A DNA stretch of 37,820 nt from Octopus bimaculoides (lineage: Eukaryota), in the NCBI RefSeq assembly GCF_001194135.2, contig NC_068982.1:172858023-172895842 (forward strand), read 5' to 3'. A program made the translations under genes and the position numbers. The notes under the pieces are model-generated. The model had not been told where the DNA came from, made no database searches, and worked only from the letters and a program-made list of their open reading frames with translations. This document shows, one piece after another, positions 1-11,413 of this stretch (positions are counted from its first letter, which is position 1; the number at the start of each line of letters is the position of its first letter).

Positions 1-19
1 TATATATATATATATCCCT

Positions 20-272
20 CTGCCCCTCCTGGTCACAAACTGATATGAGTGTGTTTGGCATGTTACATCCCGTAGCAGTTGTAAACAAGTGCCACCATCA
101 TACAAGCGGCAATGTTCTTTTCCTATCTTCTGTGTAAGCATGTTAAGCCATAGGGCAACATTGCCATGCTGGGTGGGTTACATAGCAACCAAAGATATTG
201 TGCATGCGCACAAAGATGGGGGTGGAAATCAGCGTTGATGACAGGAAAGGTATCCAGCCGAAGAAAATCTGG
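20..272 (+). mobile_element. Degenerate SINE-like repeat carrying a B-type core
   Basis: 242-272 ACAGGAAAGGTATCCAGCCGAAGAAAATCTGG resembles the AGGAAGGGCATCCAGCTGTAGAAACTCTG core of the family-B copy at 22681-22933. The upstream body differs from B. Boundaries approximate. Confidence 0.4.
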
Positions 273-397
273 TACTTATTGGTTATCTCACCGCCATTAA
301 AAAATTGGGTTATCTCCCCCAACTGAAACAGTTGTTTGAGCCCTCAATAAAACAAAAAAGAAATGAAAAATTAATAAACATGTAATGTGAAAAGATC

Positions 398-688
398 AGT
401 CTCTTTTGCCGAACTGCTAAGTTACGGGGACGTAAACACACCAGCATTAGTTGTCAAGCGATGTTGGGGGGACAAACACACACACACACATATATATATA
501 TATACATATACATATATACAACGGGCTTCTTTCAGTTTCCATCAACCAAATCCACATCCACTCACAAGGCTTTGGTCAGCCTGAGGCTATAGTAGAAGAC
601 ACTTGCCCAAGGTGCCACGCAGTGGGACTGAACCCGGAACCATGTGGCTGGTAAGCAGGCTACTTACCACACAGCCACTCCTGCGCCT
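398..688 (-). mobile_element. Family A tRNA-derived SINE, 3'-truncated
   Basis: Minus-strand head AGGCGCAGGAGTGGCTGTGTGGTAAG...GGTTCCGGGTTCAGTCCC has A-box/B-box-like motifs. Internal (CA)n(TA)n tract. Close to copies at 7645, 10641 and 29447. Confidence 0.9.
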
Positions 689-1739
689 CTAAAATTTTTT
701 TTTTAAAGATAATTGTAAAGCACAAAGATCTGGTGTACCTCGATCGAATCAATCGATTATACCCCCCCATCAATTCTGTAAACTTTTAGCTTTCTCTTAA
801 TGATGAAATTGGTTATTTTATTGTCTTTTGTTTGTTTGTTTGTTTGTTTGTTTACTACTAGTAGGGCAGGCAGATAAGTAGCAGAATTGGTAAAGCTAGA
901 GACCTAACGCATGCATTACGTTGGGAGATTAATTTCCGGGGCTCAGTTTTTGACCTTGTGGTCTCAGATATCATAACCATTAGCCTTCTGTATTCTTAAA
1001 TTACATTGGAATAGGGCATCAATGAGTTGATGGAAGACGATAATACTTAAATGACGTGTGTTTTAAATGGTTCAGATGCAACTGCTTTAGCTTCAGACCA
1101 CATATTAGGATGTGTCAGCGATAACTAAAAAATTAGTTTCTCTTCCATCCCTCAGCAGGATGGTGGGGTGCTGTAAAATACTTACCAATAATTTTTTAGC
1201 ATCAGGTCAACCTACATAGAGCAGACATGATCAGACATTCCACAATTTTTCATAAAATACGGATTAGTAAGTTATGGATATGATTGAGATTTGGTTGCTG
1301 TTTTTAGCAAATTTGAATAACCATGTAGAGGTTCTCTCACTGACATCTTCAAGTATCAGTAATATACTGTGGTCGATTCAGTTGGTTTATATTCTCTCTG
1401 TGTGTACAAATGTGTGTGACTTTGTGCTGAAATTAGAAATAATTATTAATTGCTGTAGTTAAATTCTGCAATATCTTGTGGTTTTATTTAATTATATTTC
1501 TTTATAGCTGGAGTTCATATCCTACCAGGCTCGACTGTGCCTTTGAATATCAGCAATCAACTTACATTTGATTCAATTAATTATGCTCGTTCTTCATACG
1601 TTACTGTTTAAACTCTAAGCGAGCAATGTTATGAGTTCACTCCTACCCAAGCTATATGTATTGTGTATGTAATTTTATTATACTTATGCACTTTAAGTGT
1701 ATACTTTGTGTCTGTTGCATTATACTTTATCAGTGCTCT

Positions 1740-1975
1740 TCCAACACTTGTCTCAAACCTCTTGATGCATATCTTCTTTTCTACTTCATCAATTTATGGT
1801 GAATAATTGTGTGTTTCTTTCTTCCCTCTTCATTTGTATGTACTTTATCGTTGCTGTTTTGTGAAGCCCGAGGCCAGCCCTTATCAAGCTGAAGAAGATT
1901 AAAGACGTCTCAGCTGCCATTATTTTTGCATTTTCATTTCAGCTCAGATATAATATATCTTCCTTGCTCTACATA
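1740..1975. mobile_element. Possible Penelope-like retroelement terminal remnant
   Basis: GCTGAAGAAGATTAAAGACGTC followed by TTTCAGCTCAGATATA resembles the CTGAAGAAG...GAAACG motif of Penelope-like termini. Judged by eye only. Confidence 0.3.
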
Positions 1976-2079
1976 ATTCCATTTCTTTTTTGTTCTTTTT
2001 CATGAGGATACAGTGCAGGATTTGGGTGTTGTTTTTAATGAGTTGAAGGACCACATTGTTGACCTTCATTACTTGGCTC

Positions 2080-2770
2080 ACTTAGTAGAGCTGTGGCTCT
2101 TGTTGTTGTTGTTGTTGGACATTTGCGTTTAGTTTGTAGTTTTAATTGTTGCTGCAGTTAATGTTTTCTGAATTTTTTTTTTCTTTTGCTGTTGTTGGAG
2201 CATTAATTATGATGGTGGACAGAGGATATAATTATGATGGATGTTATTGGGTAGTTGAAGTAAAGTTGTAAATACCTTGCAGTGGTGGTGGTGGTGGTGG
2301 TGGTTGTGTTGGTAAATGTTTTACTTTTTATATTTTATGGCCACTGTAGTGTTGATGCTAATACTATGTTCCTGTAGTTTAGCCCTAGGCTAAAACCCAC
2401 GATTGAGCAGACTTAAGATCAAAGTCATCTGAGCTATGATCCTTCTTTTCTTTCTTTCCTTTGTTTTTTGTTTTTTTTGTTGTTGTTTTCTGTGATGGAT
2501 TTGATTTATGGGTGATTTGGCTACTATTTCTAAGAGGCCATATAACCATATAGTGGCTCATACCGGTATGTTTGTGATTCGTGGTGGTGTTGTTGTGATG
2601 GCGGTGGTGGTGGTGGTGGTGGTGGATTTGATGTTACTCTGGCTATAAAAGTTAGTGTAGTTGTTATGATGTTCGTGGTTGTGATGATTGGGATATTGTT
2701 GCTATTGGTAATGGGTCATTGTTGTTGGTTGATTGATGTTGTTGCTGTTATTGTTGGGATTCGATGGTGG
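2080..2770. repeat. GTT/GGT/GAT trinucleotide mosaic
   Basis: Runs of (GTT)n, (GGT)n and GAT interspersed with degenerate units. Confidence 0.85.
2372..2560 (+). mobile_element. Family D unclassified interspersed repeat, degenerate
   Basis: GTTTAGCCCTAGGC...GAGCAGACTTAAGATCAAAG...GATTTGGCTACTATTTCTA aligns by eye with 27925-28100 and, inverted, with 17110-17600. Confidence 0.55.
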
Positions 2771-2861
2771 TCTTGCCTGCGAAGCTTCAGCAGTATGTAT
2801 GTCTGACTAACATTTTTATGTAATTAGTTCGATTCATACCAGGGTTTTCTTACAACACACA

Positions 2862-2863
<2 letters not shown>

Positions 2864-2918
<55 letters not shown>
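2864..2918. repeat. (CT)n microsatellite
   Basis: Direct observation. Confidence 0.95.
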
Positions 2919-2922
<4 letters not shown>

Positions 2923-3219
2923 CAAAGTCCCTTTATCTCTTTTCTTTTCCCACTTTTGGCTCTTTTCATTTTCTCTCTCTGTCTCTCTCTCTTGCCCTCC
3001 TCTCATTTACTTTTATGGAGTGGATTTCTTCTTCTTACCTTGACTCATCATCATCATTGTCATCATCAATCACACCAGGGTGTCTCATCTCTGCCAGCTG
3101 CCCCTTTAAGCAATTTCTAAAGCAATTCCATACTTGTAAATCCCTAGTTAACTGTATGTCTGCCAGTTTTTTGCTTTCAGCTTACCCAGCAATGGTAGTG
3201 GTATTCTTTATAGTTTCAT

Positions 3220-3410
3220 AGTAGGTGTTGGTGGCAACGGTACAGATGGCCTACAGTAGTAGTAGTAGTAGTAGTAGTGGTAGTGGTGGTGGTGGTAGTG
3301 GTGGTGGTGGTGGTGTGGAGGTGCTGTCGATCAACAGAGTATCAATAGTTGTTTGAGGTTAAAGTGTGTGTGTGTGTGTGTGTGTGTGTCTATGTTGGTG
3401 GTGGTGTTGG
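3220..3410. repeat. (AGT)n/(GGT)n/(GT)n compound microsatellite
   Basis: Direct observation. Confidence 0.9.
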
Positions 3411-3506
3411 CATCTTGTATAGCTTATTCACTGGAATCGGTAGGGCCTGCATAATGTGTCTTACAGCATTCAGCTGCTGTATGAAAAGAAAATGACCAAA
3501 GGGGAA

Positions 3507-4341
3507 NNNNNNNNNNNNNNNNNNNNNNNNNNNNNNNNNNNNNNNNNNNNNNNNNNNNNNNNNNNNNNNNNNNNNNNNNNNNNNNNNNNNNNNNNNNNNN
3601 NNNNNNNNNNNNNNNNNNNNNNNNNNNNNNNNNNNNNNNNNNNNNNNNNNNNNNNNNNNNNNNNNNNNNNNNNNNNNNNNNNNNNNNNNNNNNNNNNNNN
3701 NNNNNNNNNNNNNNNNNNNNNNNNNNNNNNNNNNNNNNNNNNNNNNNNNNNNNNNNNNNNNNNNNNNNNNNNNNNNNNNNNNNNNNNNNNNNNNNNNNNN
3801 NNNNNNNNNNNNNNNNNNNNNNNNNNNNNNNNNNNNNNNNNNNNNNNNNNNNNNNNNNNNNNNNNNNNNNNNNNNNNNNNNNNNNNNNNNNNNNNNNNNN
3901 NNNNNNNNNNNNNNNNNNNNNNNNNNNNNNNNNNNNNNNNNNNNNNNNNNNNNNNNNNNNNNNNNNNNNNNNNNNNNNNNNNNNNNNNNNNNNNNNNNNN
4001 NNNNNNNNNNNNNNNNNNNNNNNNNNNNNNNNNNNNNNNNNNNNNNNNNNNNNNNNNNNNNNNNNNNNNNNNNNNNNNNNNNNNNNNNNNNNNNNNNNNN
4101 NNNNNNNNNNNNNNNNNNNNNNNNNNNNNNNNNNNNNNNNNNNNNNNNNNNNNNNNNNNNNNNNNNNNNNNNNNNNNNNNNNNNNNNNNNNNNNNNNNNN
4201 NNNNNNNNNNNNNNNNNNNNNNNNNNNNNNNNNNNNNNNNNNNNNNNNNNNNNNNNNNNNNNNNNNNNNNNNNNNNNNNNNNNNNNNNNNNNNNNNNNNN
4301 NNNNNNNNNNNNNNNNNNNNNNNNNNNNNNNNNNNNNNNNN
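3507..4341. other. Assembly gap
   Basis: Run of N. Confidence 1.
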
Positions 4342-4449
4342 TTTTTTTTTTTTTTTTTTTTTTCTTACTTGATTTTTGAGAGCATGTCAGGTTCATTTTT
4401 AATATTCTTGTTTGTGAGGGCAGTTGAGTTTATTTCAGATATTCTCATT

Positions 4450-4520
4450 TTAAAAATCACTTCTGGCTAATCGTTGGTGTTGCCTTGGCAGAGGTTTGCT
4501 CTCTCTGAGTGTTCTTGTCT
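4450..4520 (+). mobile_element. 3' end of a non-autonomous element resembling Helentron-associated (HINE/DINE-like) repeats
   Basis: GCCTTGGCAGAGGTTTGCTCTCTCTGAGTGTTCTTG matches the recalled CCTTGGCGGAGGT...CTCTGAGTGC terminal motif. The 5' partner is not visible and may lie in the gap. Confidence 0.3.
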
Positions 4521-4544
4521 ATTGTTGTTGCTCAGCCTCTGAGC

Positions 4545-4665
4545 ACAGCTATGAATAAAAGGTATTCTAGATGTGACCACCCCATATTCTTATTTTGAGG
4601 GAGTCTTTGCTAGTATTTCTTGCAGGTCAAGTGACTACATAGAGGCTACTTTGTTGTCTTGACCA
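4545..4665 (+). mobile_element. Family D repeat remnant
   Basis: ATAAAAGGTATTCTAGATGTGACCACCCC...GCTAGTATTTCTTGCAGGTCAAGTGACTACATAGAGGCT parallels 27970-28090. Confidence 0.5.
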
Positions 4666-4707
4666 CTTGTTGTTAAGTCTTGTTATCAAAAAATATAACA
4701 GCCATAT

Positions 4708-5069
4708 ATCATCATCATCATCATCATCGTTTAACATCTGCTTTCCATGCTAGCATGGGTTGGACGACTTGACTGAGGACTGGTGAAACCAGATGGCTAC
4801 ACAAAGTTCCAATCTGGATGCCCTTCCTAACGCCAACCACTCCAAGAGTGTAGTGGGTGCTTTTTATGTGCCACCGGCACGAAGGCCAGTCAGGTGGTAC
4901 TGGCAACAGCCGCACTCAAAATGGTGTATTTTATGTGCCGCCCACCCGCGCAAGGGCCAGTCCAAGGGCACTGGCAACAATCTCGCTCGAAAGTCCTTAC
5001 ACATGCCGCAGGCACAAGTGCCAGAAAGATGACATTGGGCACAGGTGCCATCACGATTTCACTTTCGCT
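4708..5069 (-). mobile_element. Family B retroposon with ~3 internal subrepeats
   Basis: (CAT)n-CGTTTAAC...GCTAGCATGGGTTGGACG...GGATGCCCTTCCTAACGCCAACCAC, then repeated TTTTATGTGCC...GGCCAGTC...CTGGCAAC units. Confidence 0.85.
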
Positions 5070-5089
5070 ATATATATATATATATATTT

Positions 5090-5218
5090 ACCCCGTGAAC
5101 TTCGATGAAAAAAATATGACAAAGATATGGTATATCATTTTTTTTTTTCTACAGGGGTTCCTTGAGATATGCAATTTATTTTAAGGGTTACCAAGGGTAA
5201 AAAGGTTGAGAAACCCTG
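5090..5218. mobile_element. One end of a hAT-like (Charlie-type) non-autonomous DNA transposon
   Basis: 5204-5218 GGTTGAGAAACCCTG is the reverse complement of CAGGGTTTCTCAACC, a typical hAT terminal inverted repeat. The partner TIR was not found. Confidence 0.45.
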
Positions 5219-5230
5219 CAGTAGAGGATT

Positions 5231-5276
5231 GAAGCTTGACAAAACTAAGAAGCTTGACAAAACTAAGAAGCTTGAC
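5231..5276. repeat. 18-nt tandem repeat, 2.5 perfect copies
   Basis: GAAGCTTGACAAAACTAA at 5231 and 5249, partial GAAGCTTGAC at 5267. Confidence 0.95.
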
Positions 5277-5625
5277 ACAGAGAGCTTAGAAGCAAGTGTG
5301 GAGGAGGACCTGATCCACTGTCAACTAGGATGTTGTATATTTGATTAATTGTTTTTAGTCACACCAGTTAAAGCAAAGGAAATACGAAAAAAATCTCTTG
5401 GCCTCCACTCCTAACCTCCTGAATAGAATGCCAGTCTGTTTACAATCTACAATACTTCATGGTTCTGTCCTGAAAAGAATTAGCTGAATTTGCCACTTCT
5501 GAGCCCACATAGCTGGTTGATAATTTAAGAGCAGTATTAGCTATAGTGAAAATGTTATCCTATCTGTAGTTCCTGCTTTACAGCCAGCTGGACTGAGTTA
5601 CTTGAATGCCTAGGCCTATTCCCTT

Positions 5626-5630
<5 letters not shown>

Positions 5631-5697
<67 letters not shown>
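5631..5697. repeat. (CT)n microsatellite running into a gap
   Basis: Direct observation. Confidence 0.95.
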
Positions 5698-6455
5698 NNN
5701 NNNNNNNNNNNNNNNNNNNNNNNNNNNNNNNNNNNNNNNNNNNNNNNNNNNNNNNNNNNNNNNNNNNNNNNNNNNNNNNNNNNNNNNNNNNNNNNNNNNN
5801 NNNNNNNNNNNNNNNNNNNNNNNNNNNNNNNNNNNNNNNNNNNNNNNNNNNNNNNNNNNNNNNNNNNNNNNNNNNNNNNNNNNNNNNNNNNNNNNNNNNN
5901 NNNNNNNNNNNNNNNNNNNNNNNNNNNNNNNNNNNNNNNNNNNNNNNNNNNNNNNNNNNNNNNNNNNNNNNNNNNNNNNNNNNNNNNNNNNNNNNNNNNN
6001 NNNNNNNNNNNNNNNNNNNNNNNNNNNNNNNNNNNNNNNNNNNNNNNNNNNNNNNNNNNNNNNNNNNNNNNNNNNNNNNNNNNNNNNNNNNNNNNNNNNN
6101 NNNNNNNNNNNNNNNNNNNNNNNNNNNNNNNNNNNNNNNNNNNNNNNNNNNNNNNNNNNNNNNNNNNNNNNNNNNNNNNNNNNNNNNNNNNNNNNNNNNN
6201 NNNNNNNNNNNNNNNNNNNNNNNNNNNNNNNNNNNNNNNNNNNNNNNNNNNNNNNNNNNNNNNNNNNNNNNNNNNNNNNNNNNNNNNNNNNNNNNNNNNN
6301 NNNNNNNNNNNNNNNNNNNNNNNNNNNNNNNNNNNNNNNNNNNNNNNNNNNNNNNNNNNNNNNNNNNNNNNNNNNNNNNNNNNNNNNNNNNNNNNNNNNN
6401 NNNNNNNNNNNNNNNNNNNNNNNNNNNNNNNNNNNNNNNNNNNNNNNNNNNNNNN
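5698..6455. other. Assembly gap
   Basis: Run of N. Confidence 1.
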
Positions 6456-6456
6456 C

Positions 6457-6487
<31 letters not shown>

Positions 6488-7199
6488 CTACTTGTATTCA
6501 TACATACAAGAAATTGAACATATATAGGTTCAGTTTTGCAAAGGCAAATTGTTGTTGTTTAATGTTTTCTCTTTGTTGAATTCGTTTTCGTTTTTTTGTT
6601 TTGTTTTGTTTTGTTTTGTTTCTGTTATTTCAATTTTTCACTTCCTTCTCCTTTGGCAGGAAATTAAGACTTGTTGCTATGACAATTTTTTCCTCCTTGG
6701 AAACTCTTCTAAACTCTTGCAAATTTTCCTCACCATCTTTTACCCTTTTCTTCTTTTGCTCTGCATCTCACTTGTTTCTTCTGCCTGTCTGTCATGCTTG
6801 CACATCACAACTTCCCTCTCATTCTGCCTTGCTTGGCATGACCAGTTGCTATTTCTCTCTCTTTCTCTCTCTTTCTCTCTCTCTATCCTGTTTTGCTTTA
6901 TCACTTTCTGTTGCTCCCTAGGTTTCTCCTTTCAGCTTATTCTCTCTACTTGTCCCCTATTCTTCTCTCCCTTCTCCCCTCCCTCCCTCTCTCTTTCCTT
7001 ATATCTCTCTCTCTCAAACACACTCTCTCTTCATCTATCTCTCTTCCTTCCCACCTCTCTTTTTCTCTCACATACACACAGTCTTGACTGTAAAATGATT
7101 ATTCCCTAACTCAAGCTATGCTGTCCATGATTTCTCCACCACCACCACCAACCATTATCCACGGTGAGGTGAGATGGAAGGTGGGGGTTGTTATTTATT

Positions 7200-7300
7200 G
7201 AATGATTGATCAGCAGTAAATAAACACTTGCCTTTTCTAACCAACTTGCTTAATCAAATGAAATCCCTTTGTGGGTGTTTAGTGGAGCGATTTGCATAAG
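7200..7300. promoter_or_regulatory. Possible enhancer-like motif cluster
   Basis: TGATTGAT (7203), GTAAATAAACA (7216), CACTTG (7225), CCTTTGT (7266) and ATTTGCAT (7290) within ~100 nt of non-repetitive sequence. Confidence 0.2.
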
Positions 7301-7644
7301 AGGACCGGAGAGAATGTGGAGTGTGACATAGTCACTTTGTTTAGTGAAACTGAAATTTTATCTTATGGAGTGTTATCATTTAACTATATAACTAATTATA
7401 TTTATACTGTGACTACATATGTTTCTTGATATTGTGAGTTTGAATCTGACTGAGATTGAGCGACTTTACTTATTATTTTCTTGGTTTTCACGTGTCTGAA
7501 TGTTTCTTCTTTTCGTATTTGTGGCCTCCTTACCAAAAGTGATGGATGAGCACAATATATATATATATATATATAGGCAATCGTACTCATACAATTAGAA
7601 ATTCAACTTAAAATGCGTATACATATGTTAATACATATCGACAC

Positions 7645-7858
7645 GTACTCTCTCTCTTTTACTCTTTTGCTTGTTTCAGTCATTTGACTGCGGCCATGCT
7701 GGAGCACCAGCTTTAGTGAAGCAAATCGACCCCTGGACTTATTCTTTTGTAAGCCTAGTACTTATTCTATCGGTCTCTTTTGCCGAACCGCTAAGTTACG
7801 GGGACATTAACACACCAGCATCGGCTGTCAAGCAATGCTAGGGGCACAAACACATACG

Positions 7859-7900
<42 letters not shown>

Positions 7901-8056
7901 TACGACGGGCTTCTTTCAGTTTCCGTCTACCAAATCCACTCACAAGGCTTTGGTTGGCCTGAGGCTATAGTAGAAGACACTTGCCCAAGATGCCATGCAG
8001 TGGGACTGAACCCGGAACTATGTGGTTGGTAAGCAAGCTACTTACCACACAGCCAC
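7645..8056 (-). mobile_element. Family A SINE, near full length, flanked by a 76-bp direct repeat
   Basis: 3' tail, internal microsatellite and tRNA-like head present, with ~12 nt missing at the 5' end. Flanks 7569-7644 and 8057-8132 are duplicated. Confidence 0.92.
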
Positions 8057-8507
8057 ATATATAGGCAATCATACTCATACAGTTATAAATTCAACTTAAA
8101 ATGCGTATACATATATTTATACATATCGACACATGAATATTTTTTTTAATATTTATATATATATATATATATATGCATAAAAATACATGTAAATAAAACC
8201 CATGTGGGATATGCATGGAAGGAAGTGGGAGAAAAAGAGAACTGATCAAAATTTTTTTGTACTAAAATTTAGAGTGGTTAAGAATTTCAGTTAAAAGATT
8301 CATAGAGTTCGATGTGTTTTTTTTTAAAATATATAAATGGTATATAAGGTATATAATACAGTTCACGGAAGTCCACTTTATATGGCCTTTTCCAGAGTTC
8401 ATGTCCTGGTATGATTGCCTAATTTGAGTTTATATTTCAATTCTTATCTCTTGTCTCGGGTTCAACCTAATCACTTCTTTAGCAGTTTTATATTTTTCGT
8501 AAGAAAG

Positions 8508-8559
<52 letters not shown>

Positions 8560-8657
8560 GGAACACTCATGGGCTAGCTGTAATTCGTGGAAGTTTTTGA
8601 ATGGTACTTTGAATTTATTTAGTAATACAGCCCAGCTGACAATGAGCCATGTCATAC

Positions 8658-8939
8658 CTTTTATCTTTTACTTGTTTCAGTCATTATGCTGGGGCACTGC
8701 TTATTGGTTTTCTTTTTGCCAAACTGCTAAGTTACGTCGTCGTCGTCGTTTAACGTCCGCTTTCCATGCTAGCATGGGTTGGACGATTTGACCGAGGACT
8801 GGTGAAACCAGATGGCTACACCAGGCTCCAATCTGATTTGGCAGTTTCTACAGCTGGATGCCCTTCCTAACGCCAACCACTCAGGGATGCAAATACACCA
8901 ACACTGGTTGTGAAGTGGTGGGTAGCAGGGAGGGACAAA

Positions 8940-8996
<57 letters not shown>

Positions 8997-9162
8997 GCAA
9001 TGGGCTTCTTTCAGTTTCTGTCTATCAAATCCATTCACAAGGCTTTGGTCAACCTGAAACTATAGTAGAAAGCATTTGCCCAAGTTGCCATGCAGTGGGA
9101 CTGAACCCGGAACCATGTGGTTGGGAAGCAAGCTTCTTATTGCACACAGCCACGTCTGCGCC
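8658..9162 (-). mobile_element. Family A SINE interrupted by a family B insertion
   Basis: A 3' part at 8658-8734 (with a deletion), resuming at 8883 and running to the tRNA-like head at 9162. Confidence 0.85.
8735..8882 (-). mobile_element. Family B retroposon, 5'-truncated, nested in family A
   Basis: CGTCGTCGTCGTCGTTTAACGTCCGCTTTCCATGCTAGC...CCTTCCTAACGCCAACCACTC. Confidence 0.9.
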
Positions 9163-9279
9163 ATTGTGCAACCCATTTCTCAAACAAAGGTTACCCATGC
9201 CTGATACAGGGCATCAAATAAAATGCCCTGTGGTACACAACCATTGAGTCCCTCCTTCGATTTTTCTTGGAGCAATAAA

Positions 9280-10163
9280 NNNNNNNNNNNNNNNNNNNNN
9301 NNNNNNNNNNNNNNNNNNNNNNNNNNNNNNNNNNNNNNNNNNNNNNNNNNNNNNNNNNNNNNNNNNNNNNNNNNNNNNNNNNNNNNNNNNNNNNNNNNNN
9401 NNNNNNNNNNNNNNNNNNNNNNNNNNNNNNNNNNNNNNNNNNNNNNNNNNNNNNNNNNNNNNNNNNNNNNNNNNNNNNNNNNNNNNNNNNNNNNNNNNNN
9501 NNNNNNNNNNNNNNNNNNNNNNNNNNNNNNNNNNNNNNNNNNNNNNNNNNNNNNNNNNNNNNNNNNNNNNNNNNNNNNNNNNNNNNNNNNNNNNNNNNNN
9601 NNNNNNNNNNNNNNNNNNNNNNNNNNNNNNNNNNNNNNNNNNNNNNNNNNNNNNNNNNNNNNNNNNNNNNNNNNNNNNNNNNNNNNNNNNNNNNNNNNNN
9701 NNNNNNNNNNNNNNNNNNNNNNNNNNNNNNNNNNNNNNNNNNNNNNNNNNNNNNNNNNNNNNNNNNNNNNNNNNNNNNNNNNNNNNNNNNNNNNNNNNNN
9801 NNNNNNNNNNNNNNNNNNNNNNNNNNNNNNNNNNNNNNNNNNNNNNNNNNNNNNNNNNNNNNNNNNNNNNNNNNNNNNNNNNNNNNNNNNNNNNNNNNNN
9901 NNNNNNNNNNNNNNNNNNNNNNNNNNNNNNNNNNNNNNNNNNNNNNNNNNNNNNNNNNNNNNNNNNNNNNNNNNNNNNNNNNNNNNNNNNNNNNNNNNNN
10001 NNNNNNNNNNNNNNNNNNNNNNNNNNNNNNNNNNNNNNNNNNNNNNNNNNNNNNNNNNNNNNNNNNNNNNNNNNNNNNNNNNNNNNNNNNNNNNNNNNNN
10101 NNNNNNNNNNNNNNNNNNNNNNNNNNNNNNNNNNNNNNNNNNNNNNNNNNNNNNNNNNNNNNN
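9280..10163. other. Assembly gap
   Basis: Run of N. Confidence 1.
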
Positions 10164-10290
10164 GTTGTTGTTGTGGTGGTGGTGGTGGTAGTGGCGGTGC
10201 TGGTGCTAGTTGGGGCGGAAACAGAGACTACAGGTTGCCTTTTTAGGTTGTAGAATAAATTGCTGCTTTCTGTAAGGTCAGGAGTCACAC

Positions 10291-10295
<5 letters not shown>

Positions 10296-10340
<45 letters not shown>
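10296..10340. repeat. (GT)n microsatellite
   Basis: Direct observation. Confidence 0.95.
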
Positions 10341-10342
<2 letters not shown>

Positions 10343-10640
10343 TGGGTTGGTGAAGGGGCCTTAATTTCCATCTCTGCTTCTTCTCCATTCTATCCTTACT
10401 ACCACCATCACCATCTGCTACAATTAGTATTCTAGTAAGGTTTTCTTTCCTCCCATTCTTTTCTAAATCTTATTAAAACAACCACCTGTGTTGTATGTGT
10501 GCAGCATTGATGTTAGTTTTAGTATTATTTCTACCTTGGCACATTTATGATTAATTACATCGATAGCAATGACACACACAAACACGATCATATTGTAAGC
10601 TCTCATATACATCCATAGCTAAGCCCCATGGGTATTGCTT

Positions 10641-10987
10641 CGCCTTTAGTCGAGCAAATCAACCCCGGGACTTATTCTTTGTAAGCCTACTACTTATTCT
10701 ATCCGTCTCTTTTGCCGAACCGCTAAGTTACGAGGACGTAAATACACCAGCATCGGTTGTCAAGCGATGTTGGGGTGGGGGTGGGGGGGACAAACACAAA
10801 CACACACACATATATATAAATATACATATATACGACGGGCTTCTTTCAGTTTCCGTCTACCAAATCCACTTACAAGGCTTTGGTCCTCCCAAGGCTATAG
10901 AAGACACTTGCCCAAGGTGCCACGCAGTGGGACTGAACCCGGAACCATGTGGTTGGTAAGCAAGCTACTTACCACACAGCCACTCCT
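10641..10987 (-). mobile_element. Family A SINE
   Basis: Colinear with 7645-8056 from CGCCTTTAGTCGAGC to CACAGCCACTCCT. Confidence 0.92.
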
Positions 10988-11263
10988 CAGACAAAATCAC
11001 TTATGAAACATTTCAAATTTATTATTTTAAGGCCTACTAGTTGTCTCAAAACTCATTCTTTTGACAACCTTTGCACTTCTGTTATGCAGTACAAGTTTGC
11101 TTATTTTTGATGCCATATCATGGCATATTGTATAGATTAGCAATTAAAAAGGCAATTTTAACAGTAGCTTATTTTAGCACACTTAACCTTGAAAACTTTT
11201 TGTTTTTTAAATCATTAACCCGTCAATGAATCATACATTGAGTGAATGTAGTAGGTACTTTAC

Positions 11264-11413
11264 TTGCAAACACTAACCCTAGCTTGAGCCCCCCTCTCAC
11301 TGTCATTGATGCTGTGCCATTGGTACATGAACAAATACAGTTGTTCTGTTCCTTTGAATAATAATGAAAAGGGTCTGCTTTGGGTGAGGCCTCTTCACCT
11401 GTTCTACATCCAG
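11264..11413 (-). CDS. Weak candidate Cys-rich exon, unknown product
   Basis: TATTTTATTGGTCATAG acceptor, CAA|GTAAAG donor, 150 nt, phase 1-1, open frame GCRTGEEASPKADPFHYYSKEQNNCICSCTNGTASMTVRGGLKLGLVFA. No homologue recognised. Confidence 0.2.

Noticed and set aside
9206-9231. 9-bp hairpin ACAGGGCAT-N8-ATGCCCTGT
   Set aside because: Short enough to arise by chance in 34 kb and has no associated structure
11250-11360. + strand peptide VGTLLA...TVIDAVPLVH resembling the EMC8/9 MPN motif
   Set aside because: Poor acceptor, no donor, three consecutive stops shortly after, and a very short match
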